Assembly: GCA_947476485.1 (NCBI GenBank)
Contig: CANJQU010000002.1
Span: forward strand, 2,149-66,148
Length of the DNA stretch: 64,000 nucleotides
From: Chitinophagaceae bacterium
GTDB lineage: Bacteria; Bacteroidota; Bacteroidia; Chitinophagales; Chitinophagaceae
Direction of reading: 5' to 3'
Shown here in pieces: positions 28,988 through 39,208 of this stretch (positions within the stretch are counted from its first letter, which is position 1; the number at the start of each line of letters is the position of its first letter). The translations under genes and the position numbers were made by a program. The notes below the pieces were generated by a model. The model made no database searches. It had not been told where the DNA came from and saw only the letters and a list, made by a program, of their open reading frames with translations.

Positions 28988-29091
28988 AGGGATGAGTGCT
29001 TCATCTAAAATTACGGCAATTGCAGCAAGCCACACTCTTCTTCCCGTTTTAAAAGATTCCGGCAGCCGCGCATACAATTTTTTTGTTTGCT

Positions 29092-29550
29092 ATGCGTTTA
29101 ATAAATTTACATATGGTTGCTACACTCTTAGTTAGTATCGTTCTGCTGGCTGCATCATTTGCCGCAAGCGCGTCTGTGCGCTCATTCCTGGTATCTTTCG
29201 GCACCGCATTTGCGCTGGGCATGCTGGTGTGCCTGCTCGACAGCAAGACGAAGGGAGTAGGTGATCTTTTCAAACCGGGCATGCTGGTTGTTTCGTTATT
29301 CTTCGCTGTGGTGTTTCACGGATTGGTATCAATGGTACGGCTTGTGCGAATGGGCACTGCATACCGGTATGCGATATTGCTGGTATGTGCGGTCGTGTTC
29401 CCGATCCTGATGTTTCTCAAAATGGGTAAGGAAATAGAGACGGCGAATCTCATTTTTAATGCTGTTGTTTTCTCGATGATGATAGCTATCGTTTATTTTG
29501 TAAGCAGCAGGATTCAAATCAGCAAGAGCAGCAATACCGCGACCAACTAA
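29092..29550 (+). CDS. Hypothetical membrane protein (about 4 TM segments)
   Basis: Hydrophobic 152-aa ORF from the ATG at 29092 (the track start at 29083 is a TTG). It is divergent from the YitT gene. Confidence 0.55.
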   Translation: MRLINLHMVATLLVSIVLLAASFAASASVRSFLVSFGTAFALGMLVCLLDSKTKGVGDLFKPGMLVVSLFFAVVFHGLVSMVRLVRMGTAYRYAILLVCAVVFPILMFLKMGKEIETANLIFNAVVFSMMIAIVYFVSSRIQISKSSNTATN

Positions 29551-29556
29551 AACCGC

Positions 29557-30531
29557 CTACTTTTTTACAAATCTGTCGTCGGTAAGTGTGAGCAGGAAAT
29601 TCTCGAGGTCTTGCTTTTCTCTCGTTGTGAGATGCAATGGTTTTTTGGATAAGCTATCTGCGTTCACCGGCTTTGCTACTATTTTATAAGGATCATTGTA
29701 GTATTCGATCACTTCCTTCAGGGTTTTGAACATGCCGTTGTGCATATAGGGAGCCGTGACCGCAACATTGCGCAGGCCCGGCACTTTGAACTTTCCTTTG
29801 TCGGCATTGTTGTGTGTGATATCAAAACGCCCGGCATCCTTGAACTTCACCCCATCATACAAACCAATATTGCGGAACTCATCGCCGGTGAAATCGGGTG
29901 AGAAATGGCAATCAAAACATTTAGCTTTCTTTCCCATAAAGATCTCGCGGCCACGTATAGCAGATGCGGATATGGCCATTGAGTCGCCGGCCATGTAGCG
30001 GTCGAAAGGCGTGTGCGAAGTTTCGAGGGTACGCTCAAATGCAGCTATCGCTTCCTTAAGATTTTGCTCTGTAGGTCCACTTCCGAATAGCTGCGTGAAG
30101 GATTGCACATAGTCTTTATCAGCCTGCAGGCGCTTTACAGCCTCCGCTATGGGCAAGCCCATTTCCAGCGTATCCTCGATGGGGAATTTTACCTGCTCTT
30201 CCAGCGTGGCGGCCCTGCCATCGTAGAAAAAGTAGGGTCTGCTGCCCAGGTTGGTGCAAGATGGCGCGTTGCGCTTACCTTTATGGCCGTGTACGCCTTT
30301 GCTGAACGCCAGCGTATCTGCAAATCCATGGGCGGGTATGTGGCATGATGCACAACTCAGGGTGCGGGTAGCAGAAAGCTTTTTCTCGAAGAACAACTTT
30401 TCGCCAAGCTGCTCACGCGTTGTGGGGCTGCCTTTGAACGAGAGCTCATTAGCGGGTATCCTCATAGCAGTGAATGAATGGCATATTGCTATCGCAATTA
30501 TCCACATCACCATTGCTACTACCTTCTTCAT
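29557..30531 (-). CDS. Di-haem cytochrome c peroxidase (CCP/MauG family)
   Basis: Two CxxCH motifs (CASCH, CFDCH), the PGLRNVAVTAPYMHNG signature and a signal peptide. Confidence 0.92.
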   Translation of the reverse strand: MKKVVAMVMWIIAIAICHSFTAMRIPANELSFKGSPTTREQLGEKLFFEKKLSATRTLSCASCHIPAHGFADTLAFSKGVHGHKGKRNAPSCTNLGSRPYFFYDGRAATLEEQVKFPIEDTLEMGLPIAEAVKRLQADKDYVQSFTQLFGSGPTEQNLKEAIAAFERTLETSHTPFDRYMAGDSMAISASAIRGREIFMGKKAKCFDCHFSPDFTGDEFRNIGLYDGVKFKDAGRFDITHNNADKGKFKVPGLRNVAVTAPYMHNGMFKTLKEVIEYYNDPYKIVAKPVNADSLSKKPLHLTTREKQDLENFLLTLTDDRFVKK

Positions 30532-30596
30532 GAGTGCAAAATTAGCACAGTCGAACGACTCTACGAAAAAGGGGGATGATTGTCCCCGAGGCTTAC

Positions 30597-31640
30597 TTAT
30601 CCTTTGTCTCCCTCATTTTTATGCTTCACATTGATACTTTTGCCGGATGCTATCTTTAATCCCATGCATAATGAGATATAGGTGCCATTATTGAGAAAGG
30701 ATCTGCCCAGCATAGGTCCCGGCTTCTGCCCAAAATCTACCGAGAATTCAAAACCTACCGCCCTGGAACTATGAGATATGAAGCCAGCCCGCCAGCCTAT
30801 CCGCTTTATAGCGCCGGATTGGGGAACAATCTTCCATTCCTGGCCACTATTGTCGACTACATTGGAAATAGAGACTACAGGGGCAGTCATTATATCGGCA
30901 AACAAGTCAAGGATACGGGTGTTGGAACGCTTACGACCGCCTGTGCGGATAATGGTATTGGTGACCTTTCGGAAGTGCAGCCCACCGTAAAAATCCATGA
31001 TATGGGCCATGGGCAACGGCTTGTAATATTCCCCGGTAGGGCCGACAGATCCTCCCTGGCCTACATTTTCAATGGGGACCTCGATCTGCCCATTCAAGCT
31101 CTTGTAGTGATAAAAGGGATGTGCGCTTTCGTCCATTTCCAGCACGCGACGGTTGTTATATATTCCTCCTCTTACACCAAACATTCGCTTTACCTCGCTG
31201 GGTATCATTACATAGTGTGTAGAGGTCCTTGTCCAGCGCCCTGAACTGCTAGTAGAGGAACTGAGCACCACTTTTACATTCTTCTTCCTGTTCTTATTGA
31301 CAAAAAAGAACGCACCACCAAAATCAGTGACCAGTTGCTTTTTGATACCTCCTACAGCAGTGGGATAACCGGATACCACGTGATGAGTTGCAGCATCGAG
31401 CCATGAGGGGCGAACTTCTACCCAGGGCATGATCCGGTCAGCGATAACCGTTTCCAGTTTGAAGATGCCGCCAACACTCATTCCGTTGTAGGTATCAAAA
31501 TTAAGCAGACCGAGGTGTAAGGCAGTGCGCTTGTATAGATCGGGGTCGGATTCGACCAGGCTATAAGATACAGATTGCGCCTTAGCAATAATACCTGTCA
31601 GCAGCATGCCGATACACAGAATGTATTTTGTCGTTTTCAT
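30597..31640 (-). CDS. Hypothetical outer-membrane / secreted protein
   Basis: 347 aa with signal peptide (IIAKAQS) and beta-rich alternating patterns. No family recognised. Confidence 0.65.
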   Translation of the reverse strand: MKTTKYILCIGMLLTGIIAKAQSVSYSLVESDPDLYKRTALHLGLLNFDTYNGMSVGGIFKLETVIADRIMPWVEVRPSWLDAATHHVVSGYPTAVGGIKKQLVTDFGGAFFFVNKNRKKNVKVVLSSSTSSSGRWTRTSTHYVMIPSEVKRMFGVRGGIYNNRRVLEMDESAHPFYHYKSLNGQIEVPIENVGQGGSVGPTGEYYKPLPMAHIMDFYGGLHFRKVTNTIIRTGGRKRSNTRILDLFADIMTAPVVSISNVVDNSGQEWKIVPQSGAIKRIGWRAGFISHSSRAVGFEFSVDFGQKPGPMLGRSFLNNGTYISLCMGLKIASGKSINVKHKNEGDKG

Positions 31641-31868
31641 AACGGTGTTTTTAGCCTATTAATGATACACAAATGTCTATCAATCCGTAGTCTCGTGCAA
31701 TACGAGGAAATACGTATTTTTTGGAGGGGTTTTCTTACAATGACAGAGGTATGTTGTATGCTTCTGAATTCTGCAATTTTTTAAAGTTGTCGAATCCGGG
31801 TATTGCGAACAGCAATTCCAATAACTCGTTGCAAGCCTGTTATCCAGGTTTATAAACTTACTCATCAA

Positions 31869-32513
31869 TCAGGAGAAACGGTTTTTCGAAACTTTCCTGA
31901 TGGCCTCGATCTTGTTGCTCACCTGCAGTTTGCTGTAGATATTCTGCAGATGGGTACGCACGGTTCCCGGGCTGATGAATAGCTTACCGGCGATCATTTC
32001 ATAACTAAGACCGCTCTTTAAGTGCTCAAGGATCTCTATCTCCCGTGCTGTAAGGCCATAGTGCGCAGGGATACCAGCTTTGATATTTTGAGGGTTCCGT
32101 ATCAGGTTGAGCGCTTTGAAAGCAATGCCGGGAGACATTGCTGCGCCACCTTCCATTGTTTCCAGTATAGAGCGGTGCAGGTATTCGGCGCTCTCTTCTT
32201 TAAGCAGGTAACCGGAAGCTCCGGCCATTATTGCGTCAAATATTTTATCATCATCATCAAAAGTCGTCAGCATCAGTATTTTGATATCCGGGTATTTTTT
32301 CTTCACCTCTTCGGTGCATTGTATACCGTTCATAGTTGGCATCATTATGTCCATGAGTATGATGTCTATAGGGTGCCAGGGCAATTTTTTTAACAGCTCT
32401 TCGCCATTGAATGCTACAAGATCGACCCTCATATCATTATAGCCACCCAGTTTGTCCTGCACGCTTTTGAGTGCAAAACTGTTGTCTTCGGCTATGGCGA
32501 TGGAACGGATCAT
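31869..32513 (-). CDS. LuxR/NarL-family response regulator
   Basis: Receiver with the acceptor context IILMDIMMP and a C-terminal LuxR HTH (LTAREIEILEHLKSGLSYEMIAGKLFISPGTVRTH). Confidence 0.93.
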   Translation of the reverse strand: MIRSIAIAEDNSFALKSVQDKLGGYNDMRVDLVAFNGEELLKKLPWHPIDIILMDIMMPTMNGIQCTEEVKKKYPDIKILMLTTFDDDDKIFDAIMAGASGYLLKEESAEYLHRSILETMEGGAAMSPGIAFKALNLIRNPQNIKAGIPAHYGLTAREIEILEHLKSGLSYEMIAGKLFISPGTVRTHLQNIYSKLQVSNKIEAIRKVSKNRFS

Positions 32514-32588
32514 ATATCTGGTATGTACTACAAAGGTGTACCTATTACTACATAATAAAAATACGAGGAAAGTACTATTTTGTCGCTT

Positions 32589-34628
32589 TTATGAAAGCGG
32601 CATACTTACATGAATTGAAGTACCCTTATTTTTCGCCGACTCAATATTGCATGTGCCATTCAGTTTATTTACACGTACCATTATATTCTTCAATCCGAAT
32701 CCGGTCTGCTGTTCCGTGTGTTCAAAGCCACCGCCATCGTCGCATACGGTGATATTAAGTACACCGGGCGTTGTATTGTCGATGTCAACAGTAATGAGGT
32801 TACATTGTGCATACTTGAGCGCGTTGCTGATAGCCTCCTGTATGATACGGAAAAGGTTGGTGGCCGTAGTTGCGCTCAGTAGCAGATCACCGCTGTCGCC
32901 CGCTACATTTACATTAATAACCGGTTTTAAAGAATGCAGTTGGGCGGCATACTCCTTTACCTTAAGCACAAATTCACCTAACTGAAACTCATTCTTATTG
33001 ATGAGCCATACCGTCCTTCGCAGCTCGCGCATAGTGTTGAGGGTCATTTTTTGCATCTCCTCCAGTACTATGTGCGGTTGCCTGGAATCAGCATGAGAAA
33101 GAGAAGAATGAATAAATGCGAGCTGTGAGCCTATATTGTCGTGTAGCTCGCCGGATATGCGTAGTTTCTCGTCCTGCAACTGATTATGGGCCTCTATGCT
33201 GGCTATCTGCAAGCTCAGATCAGCTTCTTTTTGCAAACGGGCACGTTGCAGGCGTGCATTGCGGAAAACGAGCACAAGTACTATGACGAGCATGCCCGCC
33301 ATACTTACTGAGATGATCAGCAGCCCGCTTCTCCGCTGCAGAATCAATGCGTTCTGTGCGTTTGTTGCCCTCGCTTCTGCGAGCTCTGTTTCCTTTCGCT
33401 CAGTTTCGTATTTTGTTTGCAGCGCTGCTATTTTTTCATTCCGTTCCACAGACATCATACTGTCCTTAAGCCTGGTGGCCAGTGCCTTATATTCGTAGGC
33501 CTTTTTAAAATTTCCCTGTCCGGCATAAAGCGCATCGAACAGCGTGTATATTTCCTGGAAAAGATCTGTTTCGTTCTCTCTGTTGGCGATGGCCAATGCC
33601 TTACTTAAGTATTGTTCGCTCTCCTTGTAGTTTTTTGCCCTGAAGTATGCTTCGGCAAGTCCTTTGTAGCTATAGGCGAGATTTACATTGTCTTCTGTCT
33701 CTATGCTCAACGCTATGGCCTTCTTGCTTACGTCTATAGCCTCGCTGTATGCCTTTGTGTTGTTAAGCGAGGCAACGATATTTGTAAGCACAATTATCAT
33801 GCTGCGCTTATTATTCCGCTTTTTTTGCAGGTCATACGCCTTGCGCAGGTATACCAGCGCCTTGTTATCCTGTGACAAGTTCACATAGCATGCCCCGATA
33901 TTTTCGTATGCCTTTGCTATAAACGTGGTATCCGCTGCCTGTATTGACAGTGCCAACATTTTCTCGAACTGTGGTAAAGCCAGCGCATCATTTCTCATAC
34001 GCAGGTATATGACACCTATATTGTTGTAGGCGCGGGCCACGCCGAGATAGTTGTTTTTGCGCTGGTAGTAGTTGAGCGAAAGCAGATGGTATCGTATGGC
34101 GGTGTCAAACTGGTCGAGGTTTTTAAAATTGTTGCCTATGTTGGTGTATATGACCGCCATCCGGTCGGAATCGTTAAGCAATACATATGTGGCCAGCGCA
34201 CTATCGTTATACCGCAATGATCCTTTAGGGTCACCGAGATCGCGAAGCACCAGCGAATAGTGATGATAGCCTGTAGACAATTCTCTTACCAGATGTGCCG
34301 CTTTCGCAAGTCTTAATCCTTCGAGATAGTATTGCCCGGCCCGTTTATACGATGCATGGAAGTCGTAAAGGTCTGCAAGATCGTATAGCGCGTTAATTTT
34401 TCCCTTTACGTATCCCGTCCTTTCCGCAAGGGCGATCGCCCTGTTCGCATACTGCAAGGCCTGGAGCGAATCAATTTCAATAGTTGCCCTGCTTAGTTCA
34501 TTATAAATATTAACCCGGTCTGTATCCGTCTTTGAAAGTTCAAGTACCCGTAATAAACTATCTATGCGGGCTACTTTCGCATTTACGGCGGCCGGCAGCA
34601 TAAACAGGAATAGGAGTGCTTTCTTCAT
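32589..34628 (-). CDS. TPR-repeat sensor histidine kinase (HisKA_3 / HATPase_c)
   Basis: 679 aa with a signal peptide, many TPR-like repeats, one TM segment, the H-box ISGELHDNIGSQL and a G-box DDGGGF...GFGLKN. Confidence 0.9.
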   Translation of the reverse strand: MKKALLFLFMLPAAVNAKVARIDSLLRVLELSKTDTDRVNIYNELSRATIEIDSLQALQYANRAIALAERTGYVKGKINALYDLADLYDFHASYKRAGQYYLEGLRLAKAAHLVRELSTGYHHYSLVLRDLGDPKGSLRYNDSALATYVLLNDSDRMAVIYTNIGNNFKNLDQFDTAIRYHLLSLNYYQRKNNYLGVARAYNNIGVIYLRMRNDALALPQFEKMLALSIQAADTTFIAKAYENIGACYVNLSQDNKALVYLRKAYDLQKKRNNKRSMIIVLTNIVASLNNTKAYSEAIDVSKKAIALSIETEDNVNLAYSYKGLAEAYFRAKNYKESEQYLSKALAIANRENETDLFQEIYTLFDALYAGQGNFKKAYEYKALATRLKDSMMSVERNEKIAALQTKYETERKETELAEARATNAQNALILQRRSGLLIISVSMAGMLVIVLVLVFRNARLQRARLQKEADLSLQIASIEAHNQLQDEKLRISGELHDNIGSQLAFIHSSLSHADSRQPHIVLEEMQKMTLNTMRELRRTVWLINKNEFQLGEFVLKVKEYAAQLHSLKPVINVNVAGDSGDLLLSATTATNLFRIIQEAISNALKYAQCNLITVDIDNTTPGVLNITVCDDGGGFEHTEQQTGFGLKNIMVRVNKLNGTCNIESAKNKGTSIHVSMPLS

Positions 34629-34845
34629 AAACTACTACGAATTTAACCAATGATCAGGTGATTCATAGTATGGGCTCCTGGTTGTACAGAAGTACATTAT
34701 TATTTTGTAGTTTTGTACAATCCATTATAATGCGGAATATTTGGATGACTTGAAAAGGCGCTTTTTTGTTTCACTTCCCCTTTTCGAAGCAGAGTAATTT
34801 ATTTTGAATGACGTTTTATATTTTTAGCTTTTAAATAATGAACTT

Positions 34846-35343
34846 ATGTGCGTTAAGCGCTCAAATTTATTGATATTGTTGGTAGCCTTGATGCTGCCGA
34901 TAGCTGCATTTAGTCAGCGGGAAGCTAATGTTGTATATTTGAAAAATTCCCCCGTTATAAATGGATATACATTGGTTGATGCCCGCTCGGCTGGCAACAA
35001 ACGGATTGTAGAACTACCCGATCCGACAGTGAGCATTTATTCTGAGCAGCCTGACGTCTTGTCAATAACAGGCGGAACTGTGGCAGGCACTTTTTCAGTT
35101 TCCGAAAGTTATACAATTATGATACAGGCTAATGATAGCTTTTTTGTTTATCAAAACCTTAAGTCGGCACTTGTAAAAAAAGGCGATGCCGTATCAAAGG
35201 GAATGAAAATTGGTCTATTGCCGGCCGGCCCTGCTGATGTTGTATATAAACTTGGTTTTCAGATCTGGACAAAGTCTGAAAATAAGTCGACAAAAATAGA
35301 ACCTGAGAATATCATAGACTACCTGGCCCAGGCAGGAAAATAG
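34846..35343 (+). CDS. Secreted protein with a degenerate LytM/M23-like C-terminal region
   Basis: Signal peptide and VKKGDAVSKGMKIGLL, which resembles the M23 beta-barrel. The metal-binding His motifs are absent. Confidence 0.55.
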   Translation: MCVKRSNLLILLVALMLPIAAFSQREANVVYLKNSPVINGYTLVDARSAGNKRIVELPDPTVSIYSEQPDVLSITGGTVAGTFSVSESYTIMIQANDSFFVYQNLKSALVKKGDAVSKGMKIGLLPAGPADVVYKLGFQIWTKSENKSTKIEPENIIDYLAQAGK

Positions 35344-35442
35344 CATCTCCAGAATAGCCTGTAGGATATCTGAAAATAATTCTGCACTGAGTATTGTGCA
35401 GATACAGTGTATTTTTGATGCGTACTCATTTCATACATCTAA

Positions 35443-36594
35443 ATGACAGGCGCACTTCCTTTACCCATTGTAAAACGCTCACCTATTGTAAAATGGGCCG
35501 GGGGAAAAGCACAGGAGCTAAAATATATCCTTCCGAATGTGCCGGCATTAATTGAGAACTATTACGAACCATTTGTTGGTGGCGGCGCAGTTTACATGGC
35601 CGTTACGGCAAATAGCTATTTTATCAACGACAGGTCTGAGGAACTGATCGGGTTGTATAGGAGCATAGGTGATGATAACCGGATCCTATTTTTTAAGACT
35701 GTCGATGAGATAGTTCACAACTGGCAACTGCTTACTGATATGATTGCGCACAATGACACGGTTCTTGTAAAGATCTATAAGGCCTACTCTAAAGGGAACA
35801 TTACCGAAGATGTTCTCCGGCAAAAGTTATCAGATTTTGTATCCGCCAATTCAGTAAAGTTCAATGGGATGTTTTCAGGATCACTCAATTTTAACAACAC
35901 CTACTTTTTAAAAGAACTACAGCTTAATCTATTCCGGAAGATGAAACGGATGAAGCAACTGGAGGAAAGAAAAAGTTTGTTGCCTGACAAAGACATTGCA
36001 GATAACATAGAAACAGCATTAAAGAGTGCATGTTACATGCATTTCCGGCATATCTACAATAACCTTTCAAAATACGAGGTGAGTTCTCCTGTTGCATCCG
36101 CTATTTTTCTCTTTATCCGAAACTTCGCATACAGCGGGATGTTCAGGTATAACGCTTCCGGCCAGTTTAATGTTCCTTATGGTGGTATTGGATATAACGG
36201 TAAGAACCTGAAGAAAAAAGTGAACTATTTAAAATCCGAGCCACTGCAAGCGCGGATCAATGCGACGACCATCGAGAACCTGGATTTTGAGAAATTTCTT
36301 AAAAAGCACTGCCCCGGAGACAGTGACTTTATTTTCCTTGATCCGCCCTATGATAGTGAATTCAGCACTTACTCGCAAAATGAATTTACCAAAAAAGACC
36401 AGGTGCGGCTTTCTGAATTTCTTATAAATGAATGCAGCGCAAAATGGATGTTGCTGATAAAGAGTACCTCATTAATGAAGCAGCTTTATTTCGATCAGGG
36501 TCTTAATATCAGGACATTTGATAAAACCTATCTCGTAAGCTTCATGAACAGGAATAATAAATATGCCGAGCACCTTTTGATTACCAATTATTAG
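35443..36594 (+). CDS. D12-class N6-adenine DNA methyltransferase (Dam family) with an enlarged central region
   Basis: [13 protein letters not shown] motif [10 protein letters not shown] and catalytic FLDPPY. 383 aa, against about 280 for E. coli Dam. Confidence 0.88.
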   Translation: MTGALPLPIVKRSPIVKWAGGKAQELKYILPNVPALIENYYEPFVGGGAVYMAVTANSYFINDRSEELIGLYRSIGDDNRILFFKTVDEIVHNWQLLTDMIAHNDTVLVKIYKAYSKGNITEDVLRQKLSDFVSANSVKFNGMFSGSLNFNNTYFLKELQLNLFRKMKRMKQLEERKSLLPDKDIADNIETALKSACYMHFRHIYNNLSKYEVSSPVASAIFLFIRNFAYSGMFRYNASGQFNVPYGGIGYNGKNLKKKVNYLKSEPLQARINATTIENLDFEKFLKKHCPGDSDFIFLDPPYDSEFSTYSQNEFTKKDQVRLSEFLINECSAKWMLLIKSTSLMKQLYFDQGLNIRTFDKTYLVSFMNRNNKYAEHLLITNY

Positions 36595-36694
36595 CCTGCC
36601 GGTAATATTAAAGTGAATTCAGCCTTTCGGACGCACAAACTCCGTTTGTTTTCATTATATTTATACCCCACCATTTTTAGCTAAACTGGAAAAT

Positions 36695-37912
36695 ATGAAA
36701 AAGGCATTGTTTTTTATCGCAGGTTTTGCCGCTATGATTAGTTGCAAGAACGAGGGAAGCAAGATCTATGAGATAAACGGAACCGAAAAGTATAACCACC
36801 AAAACTATAAAGGCGCTATTGCTGACTATACTGAAGCAATAAAAATAGAAGCGAACGATACCGTAGCATACTATGGTCGTGCTAATGCAAAATTTGAGCT
36901 GCATGACTACAAAGGAGCAATTGCCGACTATACCAAAGTGCTTGATATGGACGCAAAATATGCTCCTGCCTACGAAAGAAGAGGCGATGCAAAGGCTGCA
37001 CTTGACGATGATTCGAACGCTATAATAGATTATAGCCTGGCTATACAAATGAACCCAAAAGCTGCGGATGCGTATGTGAAAATGGGGAACGTAGTGGCTA
37101 AACAACAAAACGATACCGGCGCCATCAGCAATTATAGTAAAGCCATAGATATTGACGCAAAGAACAATGGCGCCTATTATGCCAGGGGTGTAGCCAGGTA
37201 CCGGCTTGAAGACTACAAAGGAGCGATTGCCGATTATACAAAAGCAATAGACCTGAACCCGAAAAATGCTGATGCATATTATCATCGCGGGCTGGCAAGA
37301 TTTGATGCCCAGGACTATGGTGCGGCAGTAGGTGACTATTCAAAGGCAATAGAACTGAACCCCGATAACGCCAATGCTTATCTGAACCGGGGCCTGGCCA
37401 GAGCCAGGAGCAAAGATTTTAAGGGTGCATATGAAGACTACAGTAAAGCCATAAGCATGGACCCGAAGAATGACGGCGCCTATACAAGCCGTGGCAACGC
37501 AAAGCTGGCGGCAGGCGACAACCAGGGTGCGATAGCCGATTATTCACAATCAATAGCAATATCACCGAAACACGCACAGGTATACTATAGCAGGGGTGTG
37601 GCAAAAAGCAGGCTGGGCGACAACAATGGGGCCATAGCGGACTATGAAAGAGCAGTAAGGGTGAACCCAAGGCTAGTGGCTGCATATTACGAAAGTGCAC
37701 GGCTGAGAGTGGCTGTGGAAGACTATAAGGGCGCTATTGAAGACTATACGCGTATAATAGCCGTGCGGCCAAATGACGCTGATGCTTATTATAACCGGGC
37801 TATGGAAAATTATTTACTGGGGCATCGTGCAGAAGTATGCGATGACCTGAGACGTGCAAAGGAATTGGGTAGCATGAGCGCCTTTAAGAAAATAAAAGAC
37901 CTTTGCCAGTAA
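36695..37912 (+). CDS. TPR-repeat lipoprotein (about 11 tandem 34-aa repeats)
   Basis: Lipobox (AMISC). The unit YKGAIADYTKAI(E/D)LNPKNADAYYxRG is reiterated through the protein. Confidence 0.88.
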   Translation: MKKALFFIAGFAAMISCKNEGSKIYEINGTEKYNHQNYKGAIADYTEAIKIEANDTVAYYGRANAKFELHDYKGAIADYTKVLDMDAKYAPAYERRGDAKAALDDDSNAIIDYSLAIQMNPKAADAYVKMGNVVAKQQNDTGAISNYSKAIDIDAKNNGAYYARGVARYRLEDYKGAIADYTKAIDLNPKNADAYYHRGLARFDAQDYGAAVGDYSKAIELNPDNANAYLNRGLARARSKDFKGAYEDYSKAISMDPKNDGAYTSRGNAKLAAGDNQGAIADYSQSIAISPKHAQVYYSRGVAKSRLGDNNGAIADYERAVRVNPRLVAAYYESARLRVAVEDYKGAIEDYTRIIAVRPNDADAYYNRAMENYLLGHRAEVCDDLRRAKELGSMSAFKKIKDLCQ

Positions 37913-37971
37913 TAGCAATTAACCAAAGAGAAAAATCCAAATTCCATTCTGCCAAAAAGGGGACACCTTGC

Positions 37972-38556
37972 CTATTCATCGCTCAGGGCAAGCTCTATTG
38001 CCTTGCTGGGAATAAGCCACATTACCGACACGCTGACAAATAATATTGCTGACACAGCCGGATGTATGAATAAGGCACATGGAATTGCTGCCGCATACAA
38101 AACTGTAGACCATATTGCTTTGACATTGCTTTTTGCAAGCGCTCTCGTTAGGGGCGTTTGTTCCTTGTAGGTGCGGCAGATCTCATTGCTCAGTATGGTG
38201 AATGCAATGCCACTAAAAATCGCAATACAGCCGTAAGCAGCAACCGGAACTTTATCAAAGCTGTTAACACCCATCCAGCCGGTACCAAATGGGATAAGCG
38301 ACAGCCAGAAAAGCAGGTGAATGTTGGCCCACATTATACGTGAATTTACCCTCTTTATAGTATGCATAAGGTGGTGGTGATTTACCCAGTATATGGCCAC
38401 AAATACAAAACTGAGTATATAGCTCCCGAATACCGGCAACAATGGTTTAACCACTACCCATTCAGTGCCTTCCGGAACCTTGAGCTCCAGTACCATAATA
38501 GTAATGATGATGGCAAATACACCATCGCTGAATGCTTCAAGTCTTGATTTATTCAT
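37972..38556 (-). CDS. TMEM175/DUF1211 family membrane protein (putative K+ channel)
   Basis: RLEAFSDGVFAIIITIMVLEL signature and about 6 TM segments. ATG at 38556 is preferred. Confidence 0.85.
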   Translation of the reverse strand: MNKSRLEAFSDGVFAIIITIMVLELKVPEGTEWVVVKPLLPVFGSYILSFVFVAIYWVNHHHLMHTIKRVNSRIMWANIHLLFWLSLIPFGTGWMGVNSFDKVPVAAYGCIAIFSGIAFTILSNEICRTYKEQTPLTRALAKSNVKAIWSTVLYAAAIPCALFIHPAVSAILFVSVSVMWLIPSKAIELALSDE

Positions 38557-38633
38557 GAGCCAATTCAAATTAGTGCATAACAAACTTAATGTTTCCACAT
38601 CACATTCGCTATTTTTGCGGCTCATCACTGTTT

Positions 38634-39194
38634 ATGCACTCACTCATAATTTTCGCATCAGGGGCCGGCAGCAATGCGGCTGCTATCATCACCTACTTCA
38701 AGCAAAACGGCAAGGCAAAGGTGTCGCTGATAGTAAGCAATAAAGCGGATGCAGGAGTGCTGGATATCGCAAAGAGAGAGGAGATACCCTTTCTCATTAT
38801 TAACAAGCAAACACTGAACGGGACCCTGCTCATTGAGCAAATGAACGACTATAAGCCTTCGCTGATAGTACTGGCGGGTTTTATGTGGAAGGTACCTGCA
38901 TCAATTGTACTTGCATTCCATGGCAAGATCATCAACATACATCCGGCATTGCTGCCGGGCTACGGTGGCAAGGGTATGTATGGCCACCATGTTCATAATG
39001 CCGTTGTATCTGCAAAAGAAAAAGAGTCGGGAATAACCATACACTATGTAAATGAAGTGTATGATGATGGCAACATTATATTGCAGGCACGCTGCCCTGT
39101 ACAGGCAAAAGATACTCCCGATGAATTAGCAACACGTATTCACAGGCTGGAGCATTTTTATTATCCGAGGGCAATTGAATTTTTGCTGAGTTAA
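38634..39194 (+). CDS. purN: Phosphoribosylglycinamide formyltransferase
   Basis: IIFASGAGSNAAAII, INIHPALLP and ESGITIHYV motifs. A TATTTTTG box lies at 38610-38617. ATG at 38634. Confidence 0.92.
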   Translation: MHSLIIFASGAGSNAAAIITYFKQNGKAKVSLIVSNKADAGVLDIAKREEIPFLIINKQTLNGTLLIEQMNDYKPSLIVLAGFMWKVPASIVLAFHGKIINIHPALLPGYGGKGMYGHHVHNAVVSAKEKESGITIHYVNEVYDDGNIILQARCPVQAKDTPDELATRIHRLEHFYYPRAIEFLLS

Positions 39195-39208
39195 TACTAT
39201 AGTGCTCC

